Below, one piece after another: positions 43,321 through 57,350 of a stretch of 64,000 nucleotides of DNA (its first letter is position 1; each line of letters starts with the position of its first letter). The stretch is from Octopus vulgaris (lineage: Eukaryota). The translations under genes were made by a program, and so were the position numbers. Below the pieces are notes generated by a model that worked only from the letters and a program-made list of their open reading frames with translations, searched no databases and was not told the origin of the DNA. The stretch lies in contig OX597818.1 in NCBI GenBank assembly GCA_951406725.2, positions 101,432,001 to 101,496,000 of the forward strand, in the 5' to 3' direction.

Positions 43321-45004
43321 CTAGTCATCAAGCAGAGAAGCTCCATAATACAATATGAATTTTCTCACATGAAAGCACCGATTAAACTATTAAATTTCTG
43401 AATTTTTAAGGAGGCCCCAGTGTTACGAAATTTAAAAAAATTATTGACCTCTCTGGCAATTATAATCTAAGTTTTTACAAAGCTTCCATTGAATGCTGTA
43501 TGGTCTTCATTTTTCTTTTAAATGCCATGTGTTGTTAACCAAAGGCGTAAAGATGCGTGTCCCTTGATTGACTGTTGTTATCATCACTACATCTACCATA
43601 TCCGAATATATGCAATTAGTACTTCCAGAATAGTTCACTTTCATTCTACATTCTCACTGTATGCCGCTGCCTCTCATCCCTCTCCCTAGTAGTCTCAAGA
43701 ACGCCTCATTTACCCGCTCATCCTAATTCAGTCATATGCATCCCTGTTTAGACATTGCTTTTAGTTCAATACAGTTCACACAATGCTTCTTACAAAAATG
43801 CAAGGAATATAAAAATATGAAGTCTTCGTAATAATCCGCTGCATTGCTTTTTCCTACCATAATTTATTCGAAATAAAGTTTCAAAACTTCGTTTTTTTTT
43901 TATATAACACCCACCATGAGAAATATATGAATATAAATACATCCACCTTCAAGTGGTTCTCCTTTTTGCACAAAGGAAACTAAGCTATATGTATCCACAT
44001 AATATTTATTGGGTTACGTTTTCACTTTTATCCGACTCTGTAGGAGTTATTTTGACCTTTAATTTTTCATCCACTTTGTTTCGACAGTATTCAAACAGAC
44101 TGATTAGACTATGTCATTCCGTTGGTAATTAAAAAAATTGAAATACTTTTATAGGAATATACGATTTTTTAAAGCTATATTTTCAATTTTACTTAAAAAG
44201 GTGTATTCTTTAACTTTCTTCTTTTACTTGTTTCTGTCAATACACGGTGGCTTTACTGAGTCGCAGACGTAGGGAATTATTCAGTTGAATGAATTGACAA
44301 CAGTGCAAACTGATTTAGCTTCGTAATTATTAATTTTGGTCTCTTTTCCCGAACATCCACGTTATGAGGACGGAAACACAGAGCACTGTTTGGTAACAGG
44401 TGATTAGGGACGTACACAGAAACATAAACACACGCATAAGTATACATGGACATACGAACACTCAAACACACGCACACATTCATATATGCATCTGATATGA
44501 TTCTTTCACTTTCCGTCGACCAAATCCACACCAAATGCTTTAGATGGTTCGAGGGTACAGCAGGAGACAACCAAGGTGCCACACATTGAAACTTAACCCG
44601 GAACCATGTATTAGAGGGGAAAGCGCTTTTTACACATAGCCGAACCTGTGCTTATGTACATAGAGTTAAATATCCAAATATCTTCATTAATGTAACTATG
44701 CATTTTTCTTATTTGTGTGAAAGGATAATTCAATAAATTTTATGATCCAATAGTTAAGTTGCAGTATTCAGTATAGGGCGTTGCACATCGTGGTCTGGAT
44801 GACACACCTCATTTTATTTAGAGTTTCCGGTATATAATGACGCAAATATGGACACATACACACACATATCTTTCAATATACGAGGGGTGTATGAAAAGTC
44901 TTGAGCCTCAAAAGAAAAACATAACATGGTAAAAGTCTTCTGACGAAGGTACAGGACTTGACGGTTCAAATCTTTTCACACACTCCACGTATTTTTGCTT
45001 ATAG

Positions 45005-45505
45005 CGGCGAGCTGGCTGAAACGTTAGCACGCCGGGCGAAGTGCCGTTACGTCCTGAATTTAAATACCGACGAGGTCGACTTTCCCTTTCATCCTTTCGG
45101 ACTCGATTAAATAAGTACCATTTACGAACTGGGGTCGATGTAATCAACTTAATCCGTGTGTATTTCCTTGTCTATCGCCTCTATGTTTAAACCCTTGTGG
45201 GTAATAAAGAAACAGGTATTTCGTCAGCGCTATGTTCTGAGTTCAAATTAGGCCGTGGTGGACATTACCTTTCATCATTTCAGGGTCAATAAATTAAGTA
45301 CCATCTACGCGCTAGGGTCGATATAATCGACATAAACCGTTTGTCTCTCCCTGTTTGTCTCCTCTGTGTTTAGCTCATTGTGGGTAGTAAAGAAATAGGT
45401 ATTTCGTCTGTCTGTATGTTCTGAGTTCAAATTACGCTGAGGTCGACTTTGCCTTTCATCCTTACAGGGTCGATAAATTAAGTACCACATGCGTTCTGGG
45501 TCGAT
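45005..45505 (+). mobile_element. tRNA-derived SINE with internal tandem re-duplications
   Basis: ggcgagctggc..aaacgttagcacgccgggcg head; three copies of gaggtcgactttgcctttcatcc...gataaattaagtacca. Confidence 0.8.
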
Positions 45506-45754
45506 TGGCAGGGGACCCTGTACCTAGTGTAAAACACAATATATGTATGCTTATGTATGTATCTACATAATGATTTCATATTTATATTTACCCATTTATG
45601 TAATATGAAAATCATTTAAGTTATACACGACAATACTTATGTTTATGAATGTCAGAATATAGTTATTCACTTGTAGCAAATACATGTTCTGTTTCAGCAA
45701 TAAATATAGAAACAATTAAATATGAAGTAGGAAAATATTTATAAATCTACTTAC

Positions 45755-45793
45755 ACCAATTCACTTACGAAAGGGACGAATCTTAATTTGATA
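45755..45793 (-). CDS. Micro-exon, 39 nt (IKLRFVPFVSEL), putative gene C
   Basis: Acceptor ttcattttttattatag| and donor GT|gtaagt. Only phase 2 is open. A competing donor lies 14 nt upstream. Confidence 0.55.
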
Positions 45794-45886
45794 CTATAAT
45801 AAAAAATGAATTTATTTCATCAATTATATTCTTTGAAGAGTAGTGTATGTGTAAAATTGTTAATCAATATTTGAAAGAATACTTAC

Positions 45887-45922
45887 TTTGTAATAAACTT
45901 ATTGCGCTCCTTGAATTGTCTC
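45887..45922 (-). CDS. Micro-exon, 36 nt (RQFKERNKFIT), putative gene C
   Basis: Strong donor AA|gtaagt, weaker acceptor (aatttatgtaag|). Phase 2-2, open. Confidence 0.45.
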
Positions 45923-46842
45923 CTTACATAAATTTCGATATGATACAAGCATAAACTTGTGTCTTCTTCACTTAAGTATTTTTCGAAATAAATTTACTAT
46001 GTCATTCTCTAACAGTTTGAATGTATTCCGATTTAGTCATCATCATGCATGTTATTTAAAATCCACATGCACTAGTTACTTTCCTATATTAAGCGCAAGT
46101 GCTTTGGCAAAATCTCTGATTAATTGAAAATTCATTTGTCAAAATTATTTCATCATACGTATATCCGTCGCATGATATATTCCTTGAAAGTCAAACATGT
46201 CTATATATTAATCAAAGAATATTTGAAATGCTAGCTGGATTTTCTATGTAATTCATTGGTAAAATATATTAGCGACATGCCAATATATATATTGAGAGGT
46301 AATATTTGTCTCCTCTTTAAACGATGATGCTCTCTTAGAACATACATTACTACAGCAGTTACTACGAGAGAAACTCTCTCACTGGCTTTTTGGCAAACGT
46401 CCACGTGTTTAAATTTCTTAAGCGTTGGTGGTTCAAATCGCTAAAAATAATGAAAAGTGAAGATTCATCCATCACTACTTCTAGTGCTGACACCGCCAGA
46501 TCATGTGATCTCAACGTCGTTTCATCATGTCAATGATGGACACTCTATCTCAAGAGACAGCAGTGATTCATCTCAATGCCAGCGCTGAATAGATTCACAG
46601 TGTCAGGACAGGCGCTGGTGTTGCCATTAGCTATTTATCTTCAGTAGAGCCGACATATGTCCTCCACACAGCGGTATAAATATGAGTGAATTTGCACTCA
46701 AAAACGCGTGTTTCTCTCATGGTAACGGTAAAATTTATACTAAAAGAACATCCAAGTACGACTAAATAAATACTTCCCTGAGATTTATTCATATTTGCTC
46801 CACGACATTTTGATAAGCATGATATAATAAAGGATCACTTAC

Positions 46843-46857
46843 GATGTAAGAGGCGGG
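46843..46857 (-). CDS. Micro-exon, 15 nt (PPLT), putative gene C
   Basis: atttttgttgtattttacag|CCCGCCTCTTACATC|gtaagt. Confidence 0.65.
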
Positions 46858-47199
46858 CTGTAAAATACAACAAAAATAATATGTCAATATAAAAGAACGC
46901 CACATGAAAGCATGAATACATGAATTACATGAGAGTTTGCGGTTGTTTGTGTGTGTATGTATGTGTTTGTGACTCTGTGTGTGTGTGTGTCTCTCTGTTT
47001 GTGTGTGTGCTTATGTACGGGTGCGTGCGTGGATGTGTGTAATTTTGGTCAGTTTGTTTCATAGTGCCATTACGAAACGAAGAATATAACTTCCCTTGCT
47101 TTGAGACTAATATTTCCGTTTCAGTTGTCCTAGCACCTTCGTGGCATTAAATGCCTTGGGTGATATTTTAGAACTAATGCACACCATTTCTCCCCATAC

Positions 47200-47380
47200 A
47201 GTTCTCTATTTAAGAGATGACGAATTACGTACATCATTTATATTATGTACATTCGACAAACATATTTCCTCATCTTATTTCTTGTTAGCACAACGTTTCG
47301 GTAGACATGCGCTCCAAGCTTCATCAGGTGTTCTGGGGAAATTTGGAACCTGGGTTCTAATTCCTAAGGTCTTTTTCGAC
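47200..47380 (-). mobile_element. Inverted, diverged copy of the same hammerhead-bearing repeat
   Basis: Minus strand aacac CTGATGA agcttgg...cc GAAA cgtt gtgct; homologous to 54775-54914. Confidence 0.65.
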
Positions 47381-47452
47381 ATTATGATAATAGTAATAAT
47401 AACAACAACAACAACAACACCAATAATAATAATAATAATAATAATAATAATT

Positions 47453-47495
<43 letters not shown>

Positions 47496-47573
47496 TAATA
47501 ATAATGATATTGGTAATAGCAATAATAATAATAACCCATTTTTTTCTGCGTCCTCTTATTCTTCTTATCATTT

Positions 47574-47697
47574 TCTTCTTCTTCTTCTTCTTCTTCTTCT
47601 TCTTCTTCTTCTTCTTCTTCTTCTTCTTCTTCTTCTTCTTCTTCTTCTTCTTCTTCTTCTTCTTCTTCTTCTTCTTCTTCTTCGTCTTCTACTTCTG

Positions 47698-47757
<60 letters not shown>
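47574..47757. repeat. (TTC)n tract followed by (ATT)n
   Basis: Direct reading. Confidence 0.99.
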
Positions 47758-47763
<6 letters not shown>

Positions 47764-47784
47764 ATTAATATTATTATTATTATT

Positions 47785-48277
47785 GTCTTTGCACAGCCTC
47801 TAAGAGATGTATTACAGTGTCTGCTGATCACTACCAGTGAACTAAGGTAACATTTCATATTTTTCGAGCACCGTCCGGAGAGCGGCGCTGTTTTCTGGAA
47901 GTGCTCCACCCTTATTGCAACCACTATTTGTTCCATATACTTATCAAGATTTTTATTCATTGTTCCTCGGTCTCCGACAATTTTTGGTACTGCTTCTACC
48001 CAAGCTAACATGTCATATCTATCAACATTTCTTTCTTCTTTATTGCATGTCTTGTTGTCAGCTGGGCATGTTATATCTATGATCCAGCATAGTTTGGCTT
48101 CATTCTAAATTAAGACTATGTCTGGTTTTCTATTATGTATCTCATAGACGCACTGGATAATAAAATCCCACAGGATCTTTGTAATATCGTTTTCGAGTTC
48201 TGGTGGTACCAATTTTTTGCTACGTCAAGTCCATTCATGTTGAAAAGTGTCCAATGGAAAGCCTTGATACAATTGTA
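47785..48277 (-). mobile_element. 3' fragment of an R4/Dong LINE (REL domain), antisense to its neighbours
   Basis: Minus-strand NWYHQ and QKTA remnants, flanked by (ATT)n and (AAT)n. Confidence 0.7.
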
Positions 48278-48288
48278 AGAATAATAAC

Positions 48289-48326
<38 letters not shown>

Positions 48327-48427
48327 TAATAACAACAACAACAACAAAACATTTATAATAATAATAATAATAATAATAATGATTATTATTATTAATATTA
48401 TTATTATTATTATTATTATCATTATTA

Positions 48428-48485
<58 letters not shown>

Positions 48486-48486
<1 letters not shown>

Positions 48487-50705
48487 GAGACAATGCCTGA
48501 ATGGCTCACGAAGGGGAAAACCATCTCAATTCCCAAATCAAATGAGACAGCAAAACCAGAAGACTACAGACCAATAACCTGTCTCCCTACTATGTACAAG
48601 GCATTTACTGCAGTGATATCGCAAAGGTTGAACAAGCACCTGGACGAAAACAACCTCTTTCTAGAAGAGCAGAAAGGATGTCGCAAAGGCTCATATGGCT
48701 GTAAAGATCAACTAATGATTAATAAAGCCGTAACTGAAGACAGCCACAGAAAGAAGAAAGACCTCAGTATTGCCTAGATCGACTACAAAAAGGCATTTGA
48801 TAACATCCCCCACACATGGATCCTCGAAACACTAGCCATTAACAAAGTAGCACCAACCCTTATAAAATTCATAGGGCTCTCTATGAATAAATGGCAAACA
48901 GTCCTACACCTCCAAACAAAAGAGGGACACATGAAAACCAAAGCGATCCCCATCAGAAGAGGAATATTCCAGGGAGACACGCTCTCTCCACTCCTTTTCT
49001 GCTTGGCACTGTCACCTCTAACTGATATGCTAAATAGAACTGGATGCGGATATAAATGTCACGGCAAAACAATCAGCCACCTTTTATATATGGATGACCT
49101 AAAATTATACGCTGCAAATGACAAACAGCTGGAAACACTATTAAAGACACTTCATAAAGAAATAGATTTGAAATAGGAATAGATATGAAATAGATTAGAA
49201 AAATGCGCCAAAGTATCCATGAAAAGAGGAAAACTAGTTAAGAGTAGCAACATCACACTAGATAAAACCAATGAGATAAAAGAATTAGATCAAAGCCAAA
49301 CTTAAAAATACTTAGGAATCCATGAACTAGATAGGACATAACACACACAAATGAAAGAGAAAATAAAAAAAGAATATTATAGACGAGTTAGATCAATACT
49401 GAAAACAGAGCTCAATGCTAAAAACAAGATAATAGGTTTTAACACTCTAGCTGTCCCAGTTATAGGTTACAGCTACAATATCCTTAACTGAACACTAAAT
49501 GAACTGACAAAAATAGATAGGAAAACAAGAAAAATAATGAGAGGATCTAGGATGCATCACACAAAATCTGACGTAGAAAAACTATATATACAGCGTATAG
49601 AAGGTGGTAGAGGCCTCATACAGCTGGAAAACTACTATAAAATAACCACCATAGGACTGCAAAATATCTACTTCAGAAGGAAGGAAAACTGTTACAAATA
49701 GCGGCAAAGCACGAACAAAACAAAAAATTGTTCTCAGTATTTAAGGAAGCTGACAAATACAAACAAGAAATCATACCACCTAATAAATATGAACAAGAAG
49801 AAGAAGAAGATGAAGAAACAACAAAAGCTATAAAACAAATGAAATCCAAACTAAAAGTAGAAAAGCAGCGAACCATGATAAAACGATGGCAAGAAAAGCC
49901 CCTTCATGGCAAATACTGGACTAAACTAAATGCAAAAGAAATAGACAAAGAAAAATCCCAGCAATGGTTGAGAAGCTCAGGACTCAAAGCAGACACAGAG
50001 GGATTTTTAATTGCAGCACAAGACAAAAGCCTCCCCACCAGAAATTACCAAAAACATGTAATGAAAAGAAATATAACAAGTAACTGCAGACTATGTGGAG
50101 TTGGACAAGAAACAATAAATCTTATTATCTCTAGCTGCCCAGTCCTGGTTAAGAAGGATTATATTCAGAGACATGACAGAGTTGGAACCTACATACATTG
50201 GAAGCTATGCCAACATTATGAATAACAACAGAAAAAAGATGGTATACGCACACACCAGAAAAGGTCACAAAAAACGAGAAAGCAACCATACTCTGGGATA
50301 TGCCGATACACACAGATAGATCAATTAAGGCCAACAGACCAGATATAGTTGTCAGAGATCATGAAGAAAAAAATCCTTTCTAATTGATGTATCAATACCG
50401 GCAGCTGACAACGTATCTCTAAATGAAATGGAGAAACTCTCAAAATACAAAGACCTGGAAATAGAGGTAACCAGAATGTGGAATCTAAAAACAGAAACAA
50501 TTCCTATCATAGTAGGTGCATTAGGCATGATAAACAAATATTCAGACAAATACATAACAAAAACACCAGGACTTACAAACACATATAACATACAGAAAAT
50601 TGCACTACTAGGTACTGTATACAACAAATCACAGCACATACCTAAGGCACACAGAGCTGCGCTTGGTAGTGAAGTGAAAGCACACTATAAAAATAAAACT
50701 ACTGA
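48486..50705 (+). mobile_element. R4/Dong-type LINE, 5'-truncated, degenerate
   Basis: YRPITCL, EQKGC, GIFQGDTLSP, YMDD, CRLC, RHD and KYKDL in broken frames; ends in (AAT)n. Confidence 0.92.
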
Positions 50706-50739
50706 ATAATAATAATAATAATAATAATTTTTTTTTTTT

Positions 50740-53700
50740 AATGTTTGGCGATAAAACTATCAACAAAAAATACAGACGAATATAGATCTGCTAGCCTTAA
50801 GAAGCTGCGCTATGAGTAACGCTTACATGTAGAGAACCCTAAACTGACAGATCCATCTCCTAATATAAGAATGGAAGCTCGCCATGCTTCAAGGTCAACA
50901 AATCAAACAATTAACCGCATTGGTCATTGCGCGGATTACAAAAGACCACGTACCCGAAAATTGAACCAAATTCTGATTGAAAAATCAGCTACTGGATCAA
51001 ACCTTCCCAACACACAGGGGCTGGACGTACCCCACAACCGGAATATTCCAACAGATGGCCATCCATGCTCATCACCAAATAATCAAAAGAAAAAGAAGGA
51101 AAAATGGTCTAGGGGAGATAATAAAGAAGTTCTTGAGGCCTTCTACCATGCCATATATTTCCCCACAGATAAATCTAACACTGTACAAGCATACTTAAAC
51201 TGGAGACAGAAACACCCTGAAGTAAGACCCTACATAGTAACAAACTTGCCAACGTCAGAAGAAACATTATAAAAAAAAATTACTGACTGAAGTAGAGATT
51301 GATCAAGTTAGACAAGCAATATCGGATAAAATGAACGAAGCTGCAGCTAGAGAAGATAATACAGAGGAAATAATTGTAGACCTGCCCAGGGCTGATAAAA
51401 ACGGAGTGAGGATTGAAAGAGTTAGTATAAGTGATAGGCAAAGTGAAATACTCCCTGAACCAATCATGAACAACTAAGACAGATGAGCATCAAATAGATA
51501 AAGAAAGTCACACAAATATTGACCCAACAGAACTACATGAGCTAAAAAATCAAATCATGATTGAATGGCTGAAAATTAAAGAAACCAGCATGGATGAACG
51601 TGATACACTCCCTAAAATCCGCAACTCTAACCAAAACATGAAAATAATTGGTAAAATCCGGCTTGCACTTAAGGATATAATTTCAGCTAATGATGTTGAT
51701 ATCACAAACCTCAACCACCTATACTATGCATCCGCGAAAATCTCAACGATCCTATGTGGTGTAAAGATTGGAAAACGGCAACACTCCCACAAAAAGCCTT
51801 CTTGGCAAGAGCGTCTGCAACAACAAATTAAAATATTTAGATCTGACATTGAGTATTTGAAAAACTTTAAGGCTCATAAGACTACCAAAGCTACAAAAAC
51901 CCAAAAATTACTGAAAAAATACAATATGAAATATATACTTGATATTGATGCCATCATAGAAACCATCAAACAAAAGGTATCTGCCAAAGCTGCCCGCATA
52001 GCAAGGTATGCAAAGCATGTTAGATTTTTCAAGGACAACAACATGTTCAAAAATAACCCCAATACTTTTTACAGGAAGATAGGAAAAACAGCGTTTACTG
52101 CAATGTCTGTACCATCAAAAGAAGAAAAGCAGGGATTTTGGAATAGAATCTGGGCAGAAGAAAAAGCACACAACGAAAAGACCCCCTGGATTGACAGAAT
52201 ATGTACAGAACTGGACCCCTTAGAAGAGCAAAAGTGGGAGGGTGTCAAGGTAGAAGATATAAGATCTGCTCTCAGGAGGTCAAGCAAATGGAAGTCTCCA
52301 GGAAAGGATAAAATTCCTAACTTCTGGCTGAATGCCTTCCCAGAGAGTCATGAACTGCTAACAGAACTGTACAATGATGTTTTGCAACACCCTAGTAGGA
52401 AGCCTCGTTGGCTAGTTAATGGGTTAACATTCCTGCTTCCAAAAAGTGAAGAAACAAATGAACCAAAAAATATAGATCCATAACCTGCTTAACAACTATG
52501 TACAAAACGCTAACATCTGTCTTGGCGGAATATAGCTATAGTTTTTTAACAGACAGCAGCATATTCCCTAATGAACAGAAAGGATGTAAACGTGGATCCT
52601 ACTGTAAAGATCAACTACTCATCAATAAGATGATCTTAGAAGATTGTCACAAACGACACAAATCTTATCAATAGCCTGGATAGACTATAAAAAGGCTTTT
52701 GATAGCCTACCACATAGCTGGATTAGGAAATGCCTGGAAATGTATAAGATAGCGCCTACACTGCGAAACTTCTTGACTGTAAGTATGAGATCATGGAGAA
52801 CCACACTAACTCTGAACAGTGACAATGAATCCCTAAATGCTGGTGATGTACAAATTTCGTGTGGCATTTTCCAGGGTGACTCACTGTCACCACTCCTCTT
52901 TTGTTTAGGCTTAATACCTCTCTCAAAGCTGCTCAATGACGCGCAGTACGGGTATAAAATGTTTGATAAAAATATAAATCATCTCATTTACATGGATGAT
53001 TTAAAGCTTTTTGCAAAAAATGACCAACAACTCAAGGGCTTACTAGCGATAGTCAAACAATACAGTGACGACATCAGAATGCAATTCGGCCTCGATAAAT
53101 GTGCAAAAGCTACCTTTATCAAAGGAAAAATGACAGAAACATCTAACGTTAACCTTGACCAGCAGAATGTCATAAAAGAACTAGACCCAGCGGAGAGCTA
53201 CAAGTACCTAGAGGTAATTGAAGGGAACGGAATAAGGCATTCAGAGATGAAGGAAAGGATCAGGAGAGAATGCTATCGAAGAGTGAGAGCAATACTCAAG
53301 ACAGAGCTGAATGCAAGAAACAGGATCGAAGCGATCAATGCATTAGCCATACAAGTCAGACTTACAGTTTCATTATTGTTAACTGGTCAATTACTGAAAT
53401 ATGTCAGCTCGACAGAAAAATAAGGAAACTGTTGACAATGCATAGAATGCACCACACTAAGGCAGATACAAAACGACTCTATCTGCCAAGAAAAGAGGGA
53501 GGCCGTGGTCTTTTACAACTGGCAATATCAATGAAGATTGCTACAATTGGCCTAGACACCTACCTGAAAAACTCTGAGGACTGGATGTTAAAACTTGTCT
53601 CAAAACATGAAAACAAGAAAGCATCATACTCAGTCACAAAACAGGCAAAGGGATATCTAAGTGAATTCCGAATACAACCAATTTCGGAATTAGAGATAGA

Positions 53701-54730
53701 CATAGAAGAAACAAGCACAGAAAAAGCTAGGCGCATGAAAACCCGTGCCAAAACTGCGGCCTTAGATATTCTGAATAATAAATGGCAAGAAAAACCTCTC
53801 TCTGGCAAATACCCAAAGAGAGCGAATAATGCTGATAATGACCTCTGGCTTAAAATCTGAAACAGAAGGGTTTATCATAGCAGCTCAAGATCAATGCCTA
53901 CCAAAAGAAACTACCAGGCCAACAATTTAAAGAACGGCAGTAGCCCAACATGTCGTGTATGCCGACAACAAAATGAAGCCATTAATCATGTTGTCTCCAA
54001 ATGCAGTCTTCTAGCGCCTACAGAGTACGTCATTAGGCATGACAGAGCTGCACAATATATTCACTGGGTAATTTGCAAAAACCTGGATTTGCCCCATGAA
54101 AAAACTGGTGCGAACACAATCCACCTCCAGTGCTTGAAAATGACCACATCTCACTCCTCTGGAACTTCACCATTCAAACTGACAGGAAGATAGATGCAAA
54201 TAGGCCAGACATCATATTGATAGACTTCAGACAAAGAACATGCCTCCTCATTGATATGACTGCCCCAATCGATATAAACGTATCTGTCAAGACCTACCAA
54301 AAACTGAGCAAATATAAAGATCTTAAAATAGAAATCAGCAAAATGTGGAAACTGAAGACTAAAACAATACCTGTTGTCATAGGTGCCCTGGGAATGATAG
54401 GGAAAGGGACTGATTGCTACCTAACTCAGATACCAGGAAACCCCAAAATGGCAGAAATTCAAAAGATAGTGCTCATGGGAACTGTTCATATCCTACGCAA
54501 AATACTCTCTATGTAATCCCAAGGTTTAAAACAAACTTTTATTTATTTATTTATTTATTTATCTTTTAATTTAAAAAAAAAAAATTATTTTTATGTATTA
54601 GACATTCACTTGTACAACACCAAAAAAAAAACCCAAATATATGGCACAGAACTTCTAACCTGTTGTCTCTTGAGGTCTCTGGGTGAGACTTGGAACCAAC
54701 TTGTACAGACATAAAGCAAAAGACAAACAT
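50740..54730 (+). mobile_element. R4/Dong-type LINE, near full length, frameshifted
   Basis: ORF pieces 50871-54516 cover the N-terminal region (KWSRGDNKEVLEAFY), RT (YMDD), CRVC knuckle and RPD REL domain; (AAT)n tail. Confidence 0.93.
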
Positions 54731-54774
54731 AGAATAATAATAATAATCATCATAATAATAATAGCAACAACATC

Positions 54775-54914
54775 GTAAAAATACCTTAGGAATGTAAGGT
54801 CTTTCCCCAAGACACCTGATAAAGGCTGGAGTGTATACCAGCCGAAACGTTGTGTTAACAACAATCAATATGAGGACAATTATTCGCCAAATGTAAATGA
54901 TATGAATAATGTAC
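54775..54914 (+). mobile_element. (AAT)n-associated Penelope-type terminal repeat with hammerhead-like motif
   Basis: gacac CTGATAA a ggctgg..ccagcc GAAA cg TT gtgtt; core G8 is changed to A. Confidence 0.65.
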
Positions 54915-55485
54915 ATTTCTGAACATATGAAACAGAAACAAATGATATGCAGAAGAGAGAAACAAAGAGAAAAAGAAATATGTTTACAGGTATTAAACTC
55001 ATAGTTTTACTGTTCTCGGGTAAAATGGCGTTGTAGAATGTAACTTTCGAGCGTAGAGATGTAGAACAATTATCCGAAATGATTATATTCGACACTTCAG
55101 TGTCCTGGTGTTCGTACAGAACCAAATTATATTTTGCTGAACTCATTTCCGTAGAAGGAAAAAAAAAATTCATATCGGAACATGTTAAGACAAAAAATAA
55201 CTTACATCAAAAATGTGCTTTTTTTTCTATGAAAATCCCTATTTTGTACAAATTCTTGACTGCTGTTTCGCCATTTATCGATATATTTCAACCAGAAAAA
55301 TGTTAATTTAAAGAGAATAACAAGTTACCTAGTGCAAAATTTTTACACTTCAAAAAAGATTGAAACTATGCCAAACCTTTGTTAACGCGACATCAAAGTC
55401 TGCCGTTTTAAGTGCAACTAAGAAACAAACCCGAGCAACGCCTGGCTATACTGCTAGTATTATATATAAAAAAAGAAATACTCAC

Positions 55486-55500
55486 ATTAAGCTGTTATCG
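55486..55500 (-). CDS. Micro-exon, 15 nt (DNSL), putative gene C
   Basis: tttcattgtttttcttacag|CGATAACAGCTTAAT|gtgagt; only phase 2 is stop-free. Confidence 0.6.
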
Positions 55501-56199
55501 CTGTAAGAAAAACAATGAAATTCCAGTATCAAATATAGTTGTATATCACATAATAATAATTTTTCTTAAAGTCACATCGCCTGTAATATTGGGGGAGGGA
55601 CTAGTCATTTACATCGGCCTCTACTCCTCTGGTAGTTGTGTAATCGACCAAGAGAGAATACAAAGTCAAATTCGATCTCTGGGGAATTTTAACCCGAAAT
55701 GTTAAGACGAATGAAATGTCGTTAATCATTTTGTCCTTCGCAGTAACGATTCAACATGCTCATTGACGTACGTAGCAAATATATCGTAAATAATATGACA
55801 CTGTACTTACAGTAAGAAAAACCTCTAGTAATTGCAATAATTCTAATGCGAGCGAGATTACGAATGATAACATAGCAGTGTCAATGATATTCTAATCCTT
55901 TCTACTGTATTTACAATGCCTGAAATTTTGGGAGAGATGTCTTGTCAATTTCATTGACCCTAATACTATACTGGTACTTATTTTATTAACTTCGAAAGGA
56001 TGAATGGAAAGTCGACCACCGCAGAATTTAAACTGAGGTAGTAGAGCCGGACGGAATACCGCTAACCTAAAATTATGTTTTGTGAACGAGTAATAGTTCA
56101 CAAAATCATTGGAGATGATAGAGGGCGATACATGTGGTTTATATAAAGGAGCATGTAAAAGCAGAGAAGCAACAACCGTAAATTTAAACAATGAATAAT

Positions 56200-57350
56200 T
56201 TGTCAAACCAAAAGGAGACTTACCCAGGGCTATACAAAACAAACCTAGAAAACCGCGGTGACACCGGCTACTCGGGTAAGTGTCCTTACTTCATACTTAT
56301 GTTGCAATCCTCGTAACAGGCCCGAACCATATGACTATATTTTCAACATAATCACGTTTCAACAAATTTGTAGACGTCACAAGTTCATATTCCATGCTCA
56401 TTTTCCATTTGAAATGGTAATTGAATACATTCATGAGATCTTGCCAAAATCTGTCCCTCGTCAGAAGTATCAATCTGGTACATTAGACCCCTTTTTCGAC
56501 ATAAGTCTATAAGGCATCACGAGTACAAACCAGATTCGTCTTTCTGATTACATACCTGGCAAATCCGTTTGACGGTCGGTACGTCTACCAGGACATTGAT
56601 TTCTGGAAATTATACATCGATGTTAACCTGAAATTCCACCAGCAGGGACCAGCTAGCTAATTCTCGTCGGCGCCCTGGGTCTCCTCCAAAACATTGTCGG
56701 CCTTGCCCGCCACTAAACATCTATAAAACATCCAAAATGGAATTTATACTGTCCGTAATGCCTGACTGTTAGACGACTGTATGCATTTAGTAACGGGCCC
56801 CAAACAGCAGACTAGGCTTGATCCAAAATTGCAAATAAAGAGGAAAAGCTAGGGAAAAGTGAGTGTAACAAATAGCGAAGGCATACCTGGTCTTCTATTT
56901 AGCGTATGTTGACAATAAATATAGATTCCGAGTAGTGAAATGTGAAATTTCCGCAGAATAAAGACAAATAGGCAATTCTACCCGTTCAAAATTAGCCAAT
57001 GGGGACTATTGAGATCAACAAAACAGATTGCAATTTGTGCTATGTGTAGCAGGTGACGGTAAAAGTGGAAGAATCTACCTATGATATCCTTATCTACTTG
57101 TCTGCAATTTTTTTTATTTGCAAACTACTTACGTAGCCCGATGAAGTTGTCCCCATCGACGTCGGGACATTCAAGAATTCAAGTCGGTACTTATCAGAGA
57201 CCTGAAGAGGTTGACTGAATCTATGCTGCTTTTGAAATTCCTTCCTTATCAGCTATCTATACCCAAACGTGCCTAAAAGATGACATCGTCCCAGGGTATT
57301 TTCAGATGTCAGAAGAAAGCCGGCTTCCACACTCACGTCAAAGCATAAAC
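56200..57350 (+). mobile_element. Degenerate Gypsy gag/protease remnant
   Basis: GC-richer than flanks, with fragments resembling the protease region (NKYRF.., LANG). Many stops. Confidence 0.4.

Noticed and set aside
57133-57201. 69-nt AG/GT-bounded segment (VSDKYRLEFLNVPTSMGTTSSGY)
   Set aside because: Lies antisense within a probable Gypsy remnant and is open only in phase 0, which is incompatible with the neighbouring exons.
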